Origin: Candidatus Caldarchaeum sp.
GTDB taxonomy: Archaea; Thermoproteota; Nitrososphaeria_A; Caldarchaeales; Caldarchaeaceae
NCBI GenBank assembly: GCA_038831915.1
Contig: JAWBKB010000011.1
Span: forward strand, 8,696-50,810
Length of the DNA: 42,115 nt
Direction: 5' to 3'
A program made the translations under genes and the position numbers. Below are positions 26,462 to 36,357 of this stretch, in pieces (position 1 is the first letter of the stretch; each line of letters starts with the position of its first letter). Under the pieces are notes generated by a model that saw only the letters and a list, made by a program, of their open reading frames with translations, searched no databases and had not been told where the DNA came from.

Positions 26462-28627
26462 TTAACTTCCTTCCCGTCTGTAAGCTGTCAAAAGTGCTTT
26501 CGGCGGTCTTACACGTTTTCCGAGTACAGCTCCCAACGCGACCGTTAACACATACGGCACTGCTTGGAAGAACTGGTACGGTATCTGGACCACGACGGTG
26601 ACTAGCCATGTCTGGACTGCGTTGAGAAGCCCGAACAGTAGCGTGGCCATCCAAACCCATGCGACGTTCCAGTTGCCGAGAACAACGAGCGCCAAAGCTA
26701 TCCAGCTCCATTCACCGCCGACGTTGAGGTTGAAGGCGCGAATGTCGATAAGTGAATAAAACGCACCGCCGATTGACATCAGTATTCCGCCAATCATCGC
26801 CGCTAGGTAACGGGTTAAGTGAACTTTCACTCCAAGCGCGTCCGCCGACTTCGGGTTTTCTCCGACGCTCGTCAAAACAAGCCCCCAACGTGTCCTCGTG
26901 AAGAAATAGTAGATGATGAGCGGAACTATGTAGATGCCTGCGTACACGTATGGATTTTGTTTGAAGAAAACACCCAGCACGGGTATGGATTCGAGGAGCG
27001 GAATTCTAAGTGTCGGTGTCAGCGGGACTTTTGGCTCGACTAACGGGGACCCGATGAGTATTCGGTGTGAGAAATAAGATAGGTTCATGGCGAAAAACGT
27101 TACGGCGATTCCGGCGATGTGTTGCTGTGCTCCGAGGGTTACTACGAGGAACGCTAACAAAAGTCCGAGAGCGCCTCCCACCGCGATTGCAAGAAGAATT
27201 CCTGCGAAGATGTCATTCATGAAATACGCGCCCACGAACCCCCAAGCTGCGCCGGAAATCATAATGCCAAGGATGCCGAGGTTAAGAACGCCGGCTTTCT
27301 CGCATATGGTTTCTCCGAGGGCTGCAAAGGTTATCGGCGTCGTGACTACGAGTGTTAGCGCGATGATGCTGGACAGAACCGCGGTCGCCAGCTGAATTTC
27401 TGGAGAAGTGGCAAACATACTGAGCGATGAAAACACGGCCAGAACCCCAAACAACGAGAAAAGCCCGACCACCGTTTTTTTACCCAGCAACAGTTTCCTG
27501 AACGATGTTTTGAATGATGTTGCTGGAATTTGGTCGATAACCCCTTTCCAGCCTCGTAGTCTAGGCGGCGAAGCTATCTCTTTCGGTCTCAAGACTTTTA
27601 TCCTGTAGTTAGCGAGACGTGTGAAAACCAAGAAAAAGATGAGCGTCTGTGCTTGGATGAGGTCGGCGAGGAATGATGGCACACCGGTGTTCCAAGCCAT
27701 GGCATTCGCGCCGTTAATGATTATGCTGAAGAACACGGACGCGATTGTTACACCGATTACGTCGAGGTTTCCGAGCATAGCTATGGCTAATCCCACGAGC
27801 CCGTAGTTGGGTCCCACGAAAGGCGTCATGTACAGCAGTATGCCCATAAGCTCTACTGCTCCAGCTAAGCCTGCGATGCCTCCGCTTAAGAACGCCACCC
27901 AAAAGTAAACTTTGGAGACGCTTATGCCTTCGAGGGTTGCCGCACGGGGGTTGGTGACAGCGGTAACATTCATCCCAAAAGTTGTCCGCGAAAACAGAAA
28001 CCATAACACGACCATTAGTATGAACGGTACTAGAACTCCGACATGCAGCCGTGTTTCGGGAATAAGTATCGGCAGCCTCGCGTTTATGCTGATTTCCTGA
28101 GATTGCGGATAGGTTGTGAACGGTGATCTGAGAGGCCCCGTCAGAAGACCGGCGTTTATCAACAGAATTGCCGACCATATCAGAATCGTCGTTAGCACTT
28201 CGTCCTGTTTTCTCCGTGTCTTCAGCCACCATGAAATCAACGCTACGCCGGAACCCCCCAGCCACGCAACCGCCATGATCAAAGGCATCAGTATGAATGA
28301 TGGAAGCGAGCCAAGCTGGACACCCAGCCAAGCTGCAATCAACCCGCCGACGATGAACTGGCCATGTGTACCGATATTCCAGAAGCGGGCTCTGAAAGCC
28401 ACCATAATGGCCAGTGCGAGTAGGGTGAGAGGAGTTGCTGTGACAAAAATTTCAGACGGGTTTTCAAGAGGCCAAGTAATAAGGTAGTAGTAAACTCGGA
28501 CGAGATCGCCGCCAGCTATGACCACGTATATTGCTGAAGTGAGTAGGGCCATGACGGTGGAAAATATGGGAAGCAGAATTCTTACACGGGTTGAAGGCCT
28601 TTCTTTGGGAGTTAAAACTAGCCTCAT
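26462..28627 (-). CDS. Fused double ABC permease (two nucleoside/CUT2-type permease domains)
   Basis: First half FWNIGTHGQ...GGIAGLAGA; second half ALGETICEKAGVLNLG...VGENPKSADALGV; ATG 28627 preferred. Confidence 0.88.
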   Translation of the reverse strand: MRLVLTPKERPSTRVRILLPIFSTVMALLTSAIYVVIAGGDLVRVYYYLITWPLENPSEIFVTATPLTLLALAIMVAFRARFWNIGTHGQFIVGGLIAAWLGVQLGSLPSFILMPLIMAVAWLGGSGVALISWWLKTRRKQDEVLTTILIWSAILLINAGLLTGPLRSPFTTYPQSQEISINARLPILIPETRLHVGVLVPFILMVVLWFLFSRTTFGMNVTAVTNPRAATLEGISVSKVYFWVAFLSGGIAGLAGAVELMGILLYMTPFVGPNYGLVGLAIAMLGNLDVIGVTIASVFFSIIINGANAMAWNTGVPSFLADLIQAQTLIFFLVFTRLANYRIKVLRPKEIASPPRLRGWKGVIDQIPATSFKTSFRKLLLGKKTVVGLFSLFGVLAVFSSLSMFATSPEIQLATAVLSSIIALTLVVTTPITFAALGETICEKAGVLNLGILGIMISGAAWGFVGAYFMNDIFAGILLAIAVGGALGLLLAFLVVTLGAQQHIAGIAVTFFAMNLSYFSHRILIGSPLVEPKVPLTPTLRIPLLESIPVLGVFFKQNPYVYAGIYIVPLIIYYFFTRTRWGLVLTSVGENPKSADALGVKVHLTRYLAAMIGGILMSIGGAFYSLIDIRAFNLNVGGEWSWIALALVVLGNWNVAWVWMATLLFGLLNAVQTWLVTVVVQIPYQFFQAVPYVLTVALGAVLGKRVRPPKALLTAYRREGS

Positions 28628-28631
28628 TTCA

Positions 28632-30152
28632 CTACGCCATTCCACTCAAAACTAATCCCAGTGACTCGACAGTCGCCTCGGCGGACGAAAAGGTTCCAAC
28701 GATTCTTCCGTCCCTCATCACAGATATCCTATCGCAAACAGCGAGCATTTCCTTGACGTTCGGTGAGAAAATCACTGTTGTGAGGTTTCGGCTTTTTCTC
28801 TCAAATACTTTCTGAAAGAACAGATTCGAACCCCTGGGGTCCAGGCCTACGGTAGGATGAAGAGCGATGAGCAGCCGCGCATCCCTTCCCAAAACTCTCG
28901 CGATGTAAACTCTCTGCATGTTGCCGCCTGAAAGGTTTGTCACAGGCGACCGAGGCCCTTTAACCACTATCGAATAATCTCTTATCAACGATTGAGCCAG
29001 TTGGTCCCGAAGCTTGAAGTCGATGACGAAGTTTCGAAATCTAGTGTATTTGTCAAAAAGTCCGACGGTGAGGTTTTCTAGGACAGAGGCTTCCGTCAGC
29101 AGACCGTCCCTGATTCTGTCATCGGACAGTACAGCCACTCCTTTTTCAAGCATAAGTTTCAAAGACGGGTTTTTGATTTTCTCCCCGAACAACGTTATCT
29201 CTCCTTTCTCCATTTTTCTTAACCCGAAGATGCATTCAGCCAATTCTTTCTCTCCTGTGCCTGGAAAAACCGCGACCCCGTGAATTTCGCCGGCAAAGAC
29301 TCTGAGGCTGAGGTCTCTCACGACAACGTTTCCTCGGTCATCTTTCACGAACAAATGACTGACAAGCAACGCGTCTTTATCGTTAGCCGTCCTGATTTGT
29401 GGCAAAACCTCATACTTCACCTCGGTGTCGAACATCGATTTTATCAAACGAGACACCTCGAGCCCCGCTGACTGATATCTAGCTGACACCTTTCCTCCAA
29501 CCATGACCAAAATCTCGTCCGCCACATCGATTATTTCGGGCAAGTCATGCGAAACAACGATTATTGTATAGTTCTGTTTTACTAGGTTTTTCAGAATATG
29601 TTTTAGAGCAGTTTTCTGCGAAAGCGGTAGAAAAGCCGTTGCCTCATCGAGAATCAAAAGAGGATTAAGACCCCTAGCCTGAAGAATTTCGCATTGGAGA
29701 AGCGCTTTTGATATTTCAAATGCCCTGAGATGTCCGATTGGCAGGTCTTCGACGCGGGTGTCAAGGTCGACTTCGATGCCAAGCCGTTCAAGTAGTTGTT
29801 GGCATCTTTTTGCGAGGCTTCTCGAAGGACGTATGCCGGGAATCATCATAGCCAAATGCTGTGCCGGGGTAAGTAGAGGGGATAGGTTGGGATGCTGTTC
29901 GACTTTAACCACTCCACACTGATTTATTGCTTGGTGAAAGTCTTGCACGGGTAAGCCATTCACCCAGACTTCGCCTGAGTCAGGTGTGAGATAGCCCGAG
30001 ATGATGTTCATTATTGTTGATTTTCCCGCGCCGTTTGGGCCTACGATTCCAAATATTTGGTTCGGGTCCAGTTCGAGTGAAATATTATCAACGGCTTTGA
30101 CGCCTCCGACGAAAGTTTTCGAAACATTCGTTAATTTAACTGCGGGGCCCAT
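28632..30152 (-). CDS. ABC transporter ATP-binding protein (tandem NBDs, CUT2 type)
   Basis: GPNGAGKST, ILDEAT, VSHDL, LSGGNMQR, PTVGLD. Confidence 0.92.
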   Translation of the reverse strand: MGPAVKLTNVSKTFVGGVKAVDNISLELDPNQIFGIVGPNGAGKSTIMNIISGYLTPDSGEVWVNGLPVQDFHQAINQCGVVKVEQHPNLSPLLTPAQHLAMMIPGIRPSRSLAKRCQQLLERLGIEVDLDTRVEDLPIGHLRAFEISKALLQCEILQARGLNPLLILDEATAFLPLSQKTALKHILKNLVKQNYTIIVVSHDLPEIIDVADEILVMVGGKVSARYQSAGLEVSRLIKSMFDTEVKYEVLPQIRTANDKDALLVSHLFVKDDRGNVVVRDLSLRVFAGEIHGVAVFPGTGEKELAECIFGLRKMEKGEITLFGEKIKNPSLKLMLEKGVAVLSDDRIRDGLLTEASVLENLTVGLFDKYTRFRNFVIDFKLRDQLAQSLIRDYSIVVKGPRSPVTNLSGGNMQRVYIARVLGRDARLLIALHPTVGLDPRGSNLFFQKVFERKSRNLTTVIFSPNVKEMLAVCDRISVMRDGRIVGTFSSAEATVESLGLVLSGMA

Positions 30153-30169
30153 CGCAAACCACTAAATCC

Positions 30170-30179
30170 AATAAAAAAG
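30170..30179 (-). terminator. Possible intra-operon oligo-T terminator after the substrate-binding gene
   Basis: Minus strand CTTTTTTATT about 14 nt after the BMP stop and before the ATPase start. Confidence 0.4.
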
Positions 30180-30192
30180 TGGGGTTGGTTGT

Positions 30193-31389
30193 TTAAAACT
30201 CTGAAACAGGGGCCAACTCGTTTATGGGAATCCATGTCAAACCTTCCATAATTTTTGTCTGCCACTCTTCGACAAGGTTTAGGATTTCACGGGTCATCGG
30301 AGGCGAAGGTCTGCCGAATTCGTGGAATGGTGCTAGATACGAGCCTCCGAAATTCATCCACGAATAGGTGCCGAGGTTGTCCGCGACATATGTCTTTGAC
30401 AAAACTCTTTCGAGTGCGATTCGAACTGTGGGCCGCATGTCCCAAACCAAACTGGTGATAGTTACCGCGGGCGCGCGGGAATATTGGTCAGCCATGTTTC
30501 CGATTATCCAGACATCTTTTCCTTCTGCTTTGGCTTCTACAGCCGCTTCCTCTGCCCCGACTCTTTCCGCGAAAATCACGTCGGCGTTGAGGTCTATCAA
30601 GGCTTTCGCGAGGCGCTTAGCTGTCGCGGGATGATACCAAGGCGATTCACCAGGCGGAATATTTCCCAACAGGTAAACCACTTTAGCTTTGACGTTTGGA
30701 TTCACTGTTTTCGCACCGACGATGAATGCGTTCACGATTCGGTTGACTTCGTTGATATCCATCGCAGCAACAGTTCCAATTCTGTTTGTCCGAGTAATTT
30801 TGCCCGCAATTATTCCTGCGAGAAACGCGGGCTGATGAAGCCAGTTGTCGAACACAGCGAAGTTAGGCTGCGTCGGAAGGAATTCGCTTCCAGCTGCAAA
30901 GGCAACATTCTTAAAGTCTTTCGCAACCCTACGTGCTATATCTTCTTTCAGAAACGCGTCTAAGAAGACGATGTCGGCAACACGGGCCGCGTCTCTCAAA
31001 GCGAGCTCGTAGTCCCGTGGGTCAATCTTTCTGTCGACGAACTGATAGTCAACGGTGATTCCTTTTGCTTTGTATTCATCGGCGACAGCTAAAATGGCTG
31101 CGTGGATTGCACCGTCCCATGGCTCGCTGATAGGTGTTTGAAAGACCGCCCTGACAGTAATTTGCTTTTTCTGCTCAACTCCCGCCGTAACTGTGCGTGT
31201 AACTGTGGTTGGAACAGTCACGGTCCCAGCTCCGACTGTTCTCGTCTCAACTACTGTTTTGACGGGGGCAGTGGCGCTTCCCGCTAAGTAGCCGCCCACG
31301 CCCGCCACGATTCCAGCCCCTACGACCCCAACCGCGACCTTACCAGCCGTGGATAAGGCTTTTCTACGACTAATTCTTTGACTGTTCAC
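30193..31389 (-). CDS. BMP-family ABC substrate-binding protein (nucleoside/purine) with a Tat signal and Thr/Val-rich linker
   Basis: ISRRKAL twin-Arg motif, hydrophobic h-region, TVTVPTTVTRTVT linker, AFLAGIIAGKITRTNRIG, NAFIVGAKTVNP, WYHP, ADVIF. Confidence 0.9.
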   Translation of the reverse strand: MNSQRISRRKALSTAGKVAVGVVGAGIVAGVGGYLAGSATAPVKTVVETRTVGAGTVTVPTTVTRTVTAGVEQKKQITVRAVFQTPISEPWDGAIHAAILAVADEYKAKGITVDYQFVDRKIDPRDYELALRDAARVADIVFLDAFLKEDIARRVAKDFKNVAFAAGSEFLPTQPNFAVFDNWLHQPAFLAGIIAGKITRTNRIGTVAAMDINEVNRIVNAFIVGAKTVNPNVKAKVVYLLGNIPPGESPWYHPATAKRLAKALIDLNADVIFAERVGAEEAAVEAKAEGKDVWIIGNMADQYSRAPAVTITSLVWDMRPTVRIALERVLSKTYVADNLGTYSWMNFGGSYLAPFHEFGRPSPPMTREILNLVEEWQTKIMEGLTWIPINELAPVSEF

Positions 31390-31408
31390 ATTGCTAAGAT
31401 GCTGTTTG

Positions 31409-31422
31409 TATATTTAAATATA
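31409..31422. promoter_or_regulatory. Palindromic TATA element between divergent genes
   Basis: TATATTTAAATATA is a perfect 14-bp palindrome about 20-33 bp upstream of GTG 31389, consistent with a leaderless transcript. Confidence 0.55.
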
Positions 31423-31490
31423 GTGGACGTGTTCAACCATGTCTTCCGTTGGTGGTTTCTTCGATGTCTGATGCTTGAAAAAGCTAAACC

Positions 31491-32738
31491 TTGGCAGACA
31501 AAATGTCAGACATGTATGATTTCGTTGTGAAAAACGCGCGTTTGAGAAATGTTGAGGACACGGTAAATATCGCCGTCCAAAATGGTGTGATAGCTGAAAT
31601 CAGCCGTGAAAATCTGCGTGGCGAAACAGAGGTCGACGCAGAAGGGAACCTCATAACCGAGCCATTCGTCAACCCGCACCTTCATCTCTGCAAAGCTTAC
31701 ACTTTCGAGATGATCGGAGATTCAGCTCTTTCATTGTATCAAGGGCCAAACATGTTGCAAGCCGCCGAAGCAATCGAAGTAGCTTCAGCCGTGAAAAAAT
31801 CTTACAAAGAAGACTGGATAGTTAATAACGCGAAAAAAGCTTTGGTCGAAGCCGTTAAACATGGCTGTCTCTATGTGCGGGCTTTCGTCGACACCGATAC
31901 TCTAGCTCGGTTGACAGCCGTTAAGGCAATTCTAACCGTGAAGAAAATGTTTAGTGGCTTAGTTGATTTGCAGGTGGTCGCGTTTCCGCAGGAAGGCGTT
32001 GTGAAAGACCCGGGAGCGATAGAAATGGTTTGGAAGGCCGTTGAAATGGGATGCGACATCGTGGGCGGAATCCCCTGGATTGAAATCTCTGAAAATGGTT
32101 CACGTCGCCACATCGAGAAAATGTTTGAAATCGCCAAAACCCACAACCGCGACGTTGCCATGTTGACCGACGACGCCGGAAACGCGAACCTTCACACAAC
32201 CGAACAGCTTGCATCAAAGACTATCGAGGAAAACTGGCAAAATAGGGTTACGGCACATCATGCGAGAGCTTTGTCGCTTTACCCTGAAGACACACTCCGC
32301 TCAGTCATCGATCTGCTTAAGAGAGCAGGACTTCACATAGTTTCGAGCCCTCATACAGGGCCTTTACACGCACCTGTAAAAAAACTACTTGAAAACGGTG
32401 TAAACGTCGCTCTTGGTCAAGACGATGTATCCGACGCATACTACCCGTTCGGAAGAAACAAAATGACCGAAATAGCGTTCATCGCCTGTCATCTTCTACG
32501 CATGATGACAGAAAGAGACATCGAAACGGTGTTTGATATGATAACAGTTCGGCCTGCGAAAGCCATGCGTATAGATGGCTATGGTTTGAAGAAGGGAGGT
32601 GTGGCCGACTTTCTCATATTAGATGCAAAATCGGTTTACGACGCGGTCTGGAATCAAGCAGACCCCATCTTTGTTTTCCGGCGTGGAAAAAAGGTTCTAG
32701 AAAGAACCGAATCGGTCAACTTTCATTTCATGGTCTGA
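31491..32738 (+). CDS. Cytosine/creatinine deaminase-like amidohydrolase with an atypical metal site
   Basis: PFVNPHLHLCK, AFPQEG, GGIPW, MLTDD, TAHHA, ALGQDD..DAYYPFG; start may be ATG 31503/31512. Confidence 0.85.
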   Translation: MADKMSDMYDFVVKNARLRNVEDTVNIAVQNGVIAEISRENLRGETEVDAEGNLITEPFVNPHLHLCKAYTFEMIGDSALSLYQGPNMLQAAEAIEVASAVKKSYKEDWIVNNAKKALVEAVKHGCLYVRAFVDTDTLARLTAVKAILTVKKMFSGLVDLQVVAFPQEGVVKDPGAIEMVWKAVEMGCDIVGGIPWIEISENGSRRHIEKMFEIAKTHNRDVAMLTDDAGNANLHTTEQLASKTIEENWQNRVTAHHARALSLYPEDTLRSVIDLLKRAGLHIVSSPHTGPLHAPVKKLLENGVNVALGQDDVSDAYYPFGRNKMTEIAFIACHLLRMMTERDIETVFDMITVRPAKAMRIDGYGLKKGGVADFLILDAKSVYDAVWNQADPIFVFRRGKKVLERTESVNFHFMV

Positions 32739-32827
32739 AACCATTTTCATTATGATGGGGACGCAAATCGGCACAGCACCATTTTTAATAATATACTTAT
32801 ACCAGCTGGCGATAGTATCATAAGAAT

Positions 32828-34378
32828 ATGCTTTCCCGACCTGATTCTGAGAATATTTTGGAGATAAGAGGGCTGGTGAAGAGGTTCCCGAACGGAGTTG
32901 TTGCTTTAGACCATGTTGACCTTGAGATGAAAGGAGGTGAGATTCACGCGGTTCTCGGTGAAAACGGCGCGGGCAAAACAACGTTGATGAACATTCTTTT
33001 CGGTCTGCTTCAACCGGATGAAGGAGAAATTTATCTCAACGGTGAGAAGGTGACGTTTCATTCGCCGCTCGACGCTATCAACAAGGGTATAGGTATGGTG
33101 CATCAGCATAGAAAATTGATTTCAGCTCACACTGTTTTGGAAAACATCATTCTCGGCCATCCGCACACCGGTAAAGTCATCGATAAAAAGAAATCTCGTC
33201 AAGAAGTAGAAGAGCTCTGTAGAAGATTTGGTTTCAAAATCGATTTGGATGCGAGAGTTTGGCAGCTCACCGCTGGTGAGAAACAGCTTGTCGAAATCAT
33301 TCGAGCGCTTTACAGAGGTGCTCAAATACTTATTCTCGATGAGCCAACGTCTGTTTTGACACCGCCTGAAATAGAGAATTTTCTCGAATCGTTGAAAGCG
33401 GTTTCGAAGGAAAAGGTCTCTTTGATGCCATTCGTAACCCATAAACTTCCTGAAGTGTTCTACGTCAGCCATCGTGTTACAATTCTTCGTAGAGGCAAAG
33501 TTGTTAAAAGCTTGCTGACTTCGGAGGCGACGATACCAAAGCTCGCGGAATACATGGTCGGCAAAGAGATGAGCTTCGAATTGGAGAGAATTCCCACGCA
33601 GCCTGGTCGAGAAATTCTCAGAGTCGAAAACCTGTCAGCGTTAAACGACAAAGGTCTGATCGCGTTTAGCAGTATCAATTTTGTTCTCCGTGAAGGAGAG
33701 ATTTTCGGCATCGCGGGCGTTAGCGGAAATGGACAGCAAGAGCTTGCTGAAACGATTTTCGGGTTACGGAAACCTTTGACAGGGAAGATTTACTTCGGCG
33801 GGAAAGACATCACCAAGGCGTCTGTACTCGAACGTTTGAAGATGGGGCTTACATACATTCCGCCTGAAAGGCTTGGCATGGCTGCTGTCGGAGACCTCAG
33901 CCTCATCGACAACGTCTTGATGATGTACTATTTTGACGATGAATTTTCGCGGGGAGGCCTGATAAACTATAAGCTGGCTAAAGATTATACGGAGAAGATA
34001 ATTTCCGAGTTCAACGTGGTGGCTCCCGGGCCGTCGACCAAAGCCGCCCACCTGTCAGGCGGTAACCTTCAGAAACTCATACTTGGACGAGTGTTGTTAA
34101 AGACGCCGAAAATCATAATCGCTAACCTTCCGACACAAGGTCTCGATGTCGCCGCGGAAAATTACGTAAGAAGAAAACTTCTCGAATGCAAGCAGAAAGG
34201 CATTTCAGTGATTTTGATTTCGGAAAGCCTTGACGAAATCCTCCAGTTGAGTGACCGAGTCGCCCCCATATATGAAGGACAGTTTGTAAACATCCTCGAA
34301 AACGTGGACTTGAGGAAGGAAGTTGTAGGAGCCATGATTGCAGGAGCTTTCTCAGCGAGAGGTGCCAATAATGCTTAG
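32828..34378 (+). CDS. ABC transporter ATP-binding protein (tandem NBDs, CUT2 type)
   Basis: GENGAGKTT, GMVHQH, ILDEPTSVL, THKL, GVSGNGQ, LSGGNLQK, PTQGLD. Confidence 0.93.
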   Translation: MLSRPDSENILEIRGLVKRFPNGVVALDHVDLEMKGGEIHAVLGENGAGKTTLMNILFGLLQPDEGEIYLNGEKVTFHSPLDAINKGIGMVHQHRKLISAHTVLENIILGHPHTGKVIDKKKSRQEVEELCRRFGFKIDLDARVWQLTAGEKQLVEIIRALYRGAQILILDEPTSVLTPPEIENFLESLKAVSKEKVSLMPFVTHKLPEVFYVSHRVTILRRGKVVKSLLTSEATIPKLAEYMVGKEMSFELERIPTQPGREILRVENLSALNDKGLIAFSSINFVLREGEIFGIAGVSGNGQQELAETIFGLRKPLTGKIYFGGKDITKASVLERLKMGLTYIPPERLGMAAVGDLSLIDNVLMMYYFDDEFSRGGLINYKLAKDYTEKIISEFNVVAPGPSTKAAHLSGGNLQKLILGRVLLKTPKIIIANLPTQGLDVAAENYVRRKLLECKQKGISVILISESLDEILQLSDRVAPIYEGQFVNILENVDLRKEVVGAMIAGAFSARGANNA

Positions 34379-35453
34379 CGTAAAAGTTCCCCGGCTCAAA
34401 CGTGAACGGATAATTACTCTTTCAGGCCGCCGCGCCGTCCAAGTTTCTCTGCTTTCCATACTTTCCTCGTTCATCGTTTTCAGCTTGTTTTTGCTCTATG
34501 AGGGCGCCGACCCTATTCTCGCCTATCAGAACATGTTTTCTTTCGCTTTAGACCCTCGTCTCGGATTGCAGCTCACCATACATCGGTCGATTCTTCTTCT
34601 TTTCAGCACGCTGGCTTTCATCATTCCATTAAGGGCGGGGTTGTGGAACGTAGGCATGGAAGGCCAATTCTACCTAGGGACGATTGGTGCGTTTTTCATA
34701 GCTTACACCTTCGCCGACCTTTCGTCCGAAATTCTCATACCGTTAATCATCTTGGGAGCGATGGCTGGCGGTGCTTTCTATGGAGCGGTCGCGGGAACAC
34801 TACGCGGTAAATTCAACGTCAACGAAGTTGTGGTAACTTTGATGATGAACAACATAGCCTTCTGGCTGATTTATCTCTTGGTGGTTGGAGGGCCTTGGGC
34901 TGGAATAGCCGAATCTTCCAGCCGTCCCTTGCCGAAGTCAGCTCACGCACCTTACGTCTTCGACGTCCCCTTCACCACGTTTCTCGCCTTAGCAATAGCT
35001 GCAATTCTGTACATCTTTCTGACAAAAACGACCATCGGATTTAAGATTCGTGTCCTCGGCCTCAGCGTCAACGCTGCAAAATACGTCGGTATCAATGAAT
35101 TCCGAACATCGGTGTTCGTGATGAGCATGGGAGGCGCAATAGCAGGGATAGCAGGTTATCACATGTGGGCGGCTGACCCGGCTTTCCTCATGATTCCTAG
35201 GCCCGAGGCGTACAAAGCCATCGGAGACCTGACCTATTGGGGCATCATCCTTGGCCTCATTACTTTACTGAACCCGCTTCCAGCCATTCCAGCATCTCTA
35301 TTCATGGGCTCGATCATCGTCGGAGCAACCGTGTTAGTGAGACGAATGAGGCTGCCTTTCGGCCTTGACTTTCTGTTTCTCGGCATCATCTCAATCACTT
35401 TCGCCGCGTTTCAGTTCTACTACAATTACCGAATTAGGGTGTTGAAGAGATGA
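34371..35453 (+). CDS. ABC transporter permease
   Basis: RAGLWNVGMEGQF, VNEVVVTLMMN, GGAIAGIAG; ATG 34371 overlaps the ATPase stop. Confidence 0.9.
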   Translation: MLSVKVPRLKRERIITLSGRRAVQVSLLSILSSFIVFSLFLLYEGADPILAYQNMFSFALDPRLGLQLTIHRSILLLFSTLAFIIPLRAGLWNVGMEGQFYLGTIGAFFIAYTFADLSSEILIPLIILGAMAGGAFYGAVAGTLRGKFNVNEVVVTLMMNNIAFWLIYLLVVGGPWAGIAESSSRPLPKSAHAPYVFDVPFTTFLALAIAAILYIFLTKTTIGFKIRVLGLSVNAAKYVGINEFRTSVFVMSMGGAIAGIAGYHMWAADPAFLMIPRPEAYKAIGDLTYWGIILGLITLLNPLPAIPASLFMGSIIVGATVLVRRMRLPFGLDFLFLGIISITFAAFQFYYNYRIRVLKR

Positions 35454-36343
35454 TAGAAATTTCTCCGACTCTTTGGCCTTTCACGACGAGGTTTCTTGAA
35501 GTTGCTACGATTTTGCTGCTCGCCGCGGTCGGCGAGCTGCTAACTCAGCGTTCCGGCGTGATAAACGTCGGTATCGAGGGGCTGATGCTTTTTGGAGCGG
35601 CAACATCATTCCTCACCTCTCAGGCGTTCGGGCCTTTATGGGGGTTTGTCGCAGGCACGGCGATTGGAGCTTTCTTGGGATTGTTCCACGCCGTTCTTTC
35701 TGTTTCACTGCGGGTCAACCAAATAATCAGCGGCATGGGTTTATGGCTTTTCGCGATGGGTTTTGTGACATATTGGGCTGACAGATACACGGGGCCGATG
35801 AAGGAAACGATTCCTCGGATAGCTGGTTTGACACCAGCTTTCTTTATCGCTTTGGCTCTCGTGTTAGTGATTTGGTTTGTCCTATCACGCACTCATTTCG
35901 GGCTTAAGATTCGGTCGGTCGGCGAAAACCCAGCAGCGGCTGAAGTTTCAGGCGTAAACGTCACAAGGATAAGATATCTGTGTACCACGGTCGGCGGAGC
36001 GTTGGGAGGCTTCGCCGGCGCGGTCTTCATGCTCTCCTACTTGGGCGCCTGGAGTCATCTGCCGACGAAAGGACTTGGATGGCTCGCTTTCGGTTTAGTC
36101 ATGTTCTCTCTCTGGAGGCCTGGAATCCTACTAGCCGGCGCCCTCGCGTTCGGATTCGTCTGGCAGTTCGCCATCTCTCCTGAATCAATCTTCCCCGGCT
36201 TCCCCGCCCCCCTACCCATAAACAGGATGCTGCCTTTCCTCATGACCATCATCATCCTGACCATCATATCGACCGAAAGATTCAGGCGAAAATGGGCTTT
36301 AATGAAGCCTGAAGGACTTGGACAACCATACATAAAAGAATAA
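35450..36343 (+). CDS. ABC transporter permease
   Basis: AAVGELLTQRSGVINVGIEG, NQIISG, RSVGENPAAAEVSGV, PEGLGQPY. Confidence 0.92.
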   Translation: MIEISPTLWPFTTRFLEVATILLLAAVGELLTQRSGVINVGIEGLMLFGAATSFLTSQAFGPLWGFVAGTAIGAFLGLFHAVLSVSLRVNQIISGMGLWLFAMGFVTYWADRYTGPMKETIPRIAGLTPAFFIALALVLVIWFVLSRTHFGLKIRSVGENPAAAEVSGVNVTRIRYLCTTVGGALGGFAGAVFMLSYLGAWSHLPTKGLGWLAFGLVMFSLWRPGILLAGALAFGFVWQFAISPESIFPGFPAPLPINRMLPFLMTIIILTIISTERFRRKWALMKPEGLGQPYIKE

Positions 36344-36357
36344 AAAATTCTGAGTGT

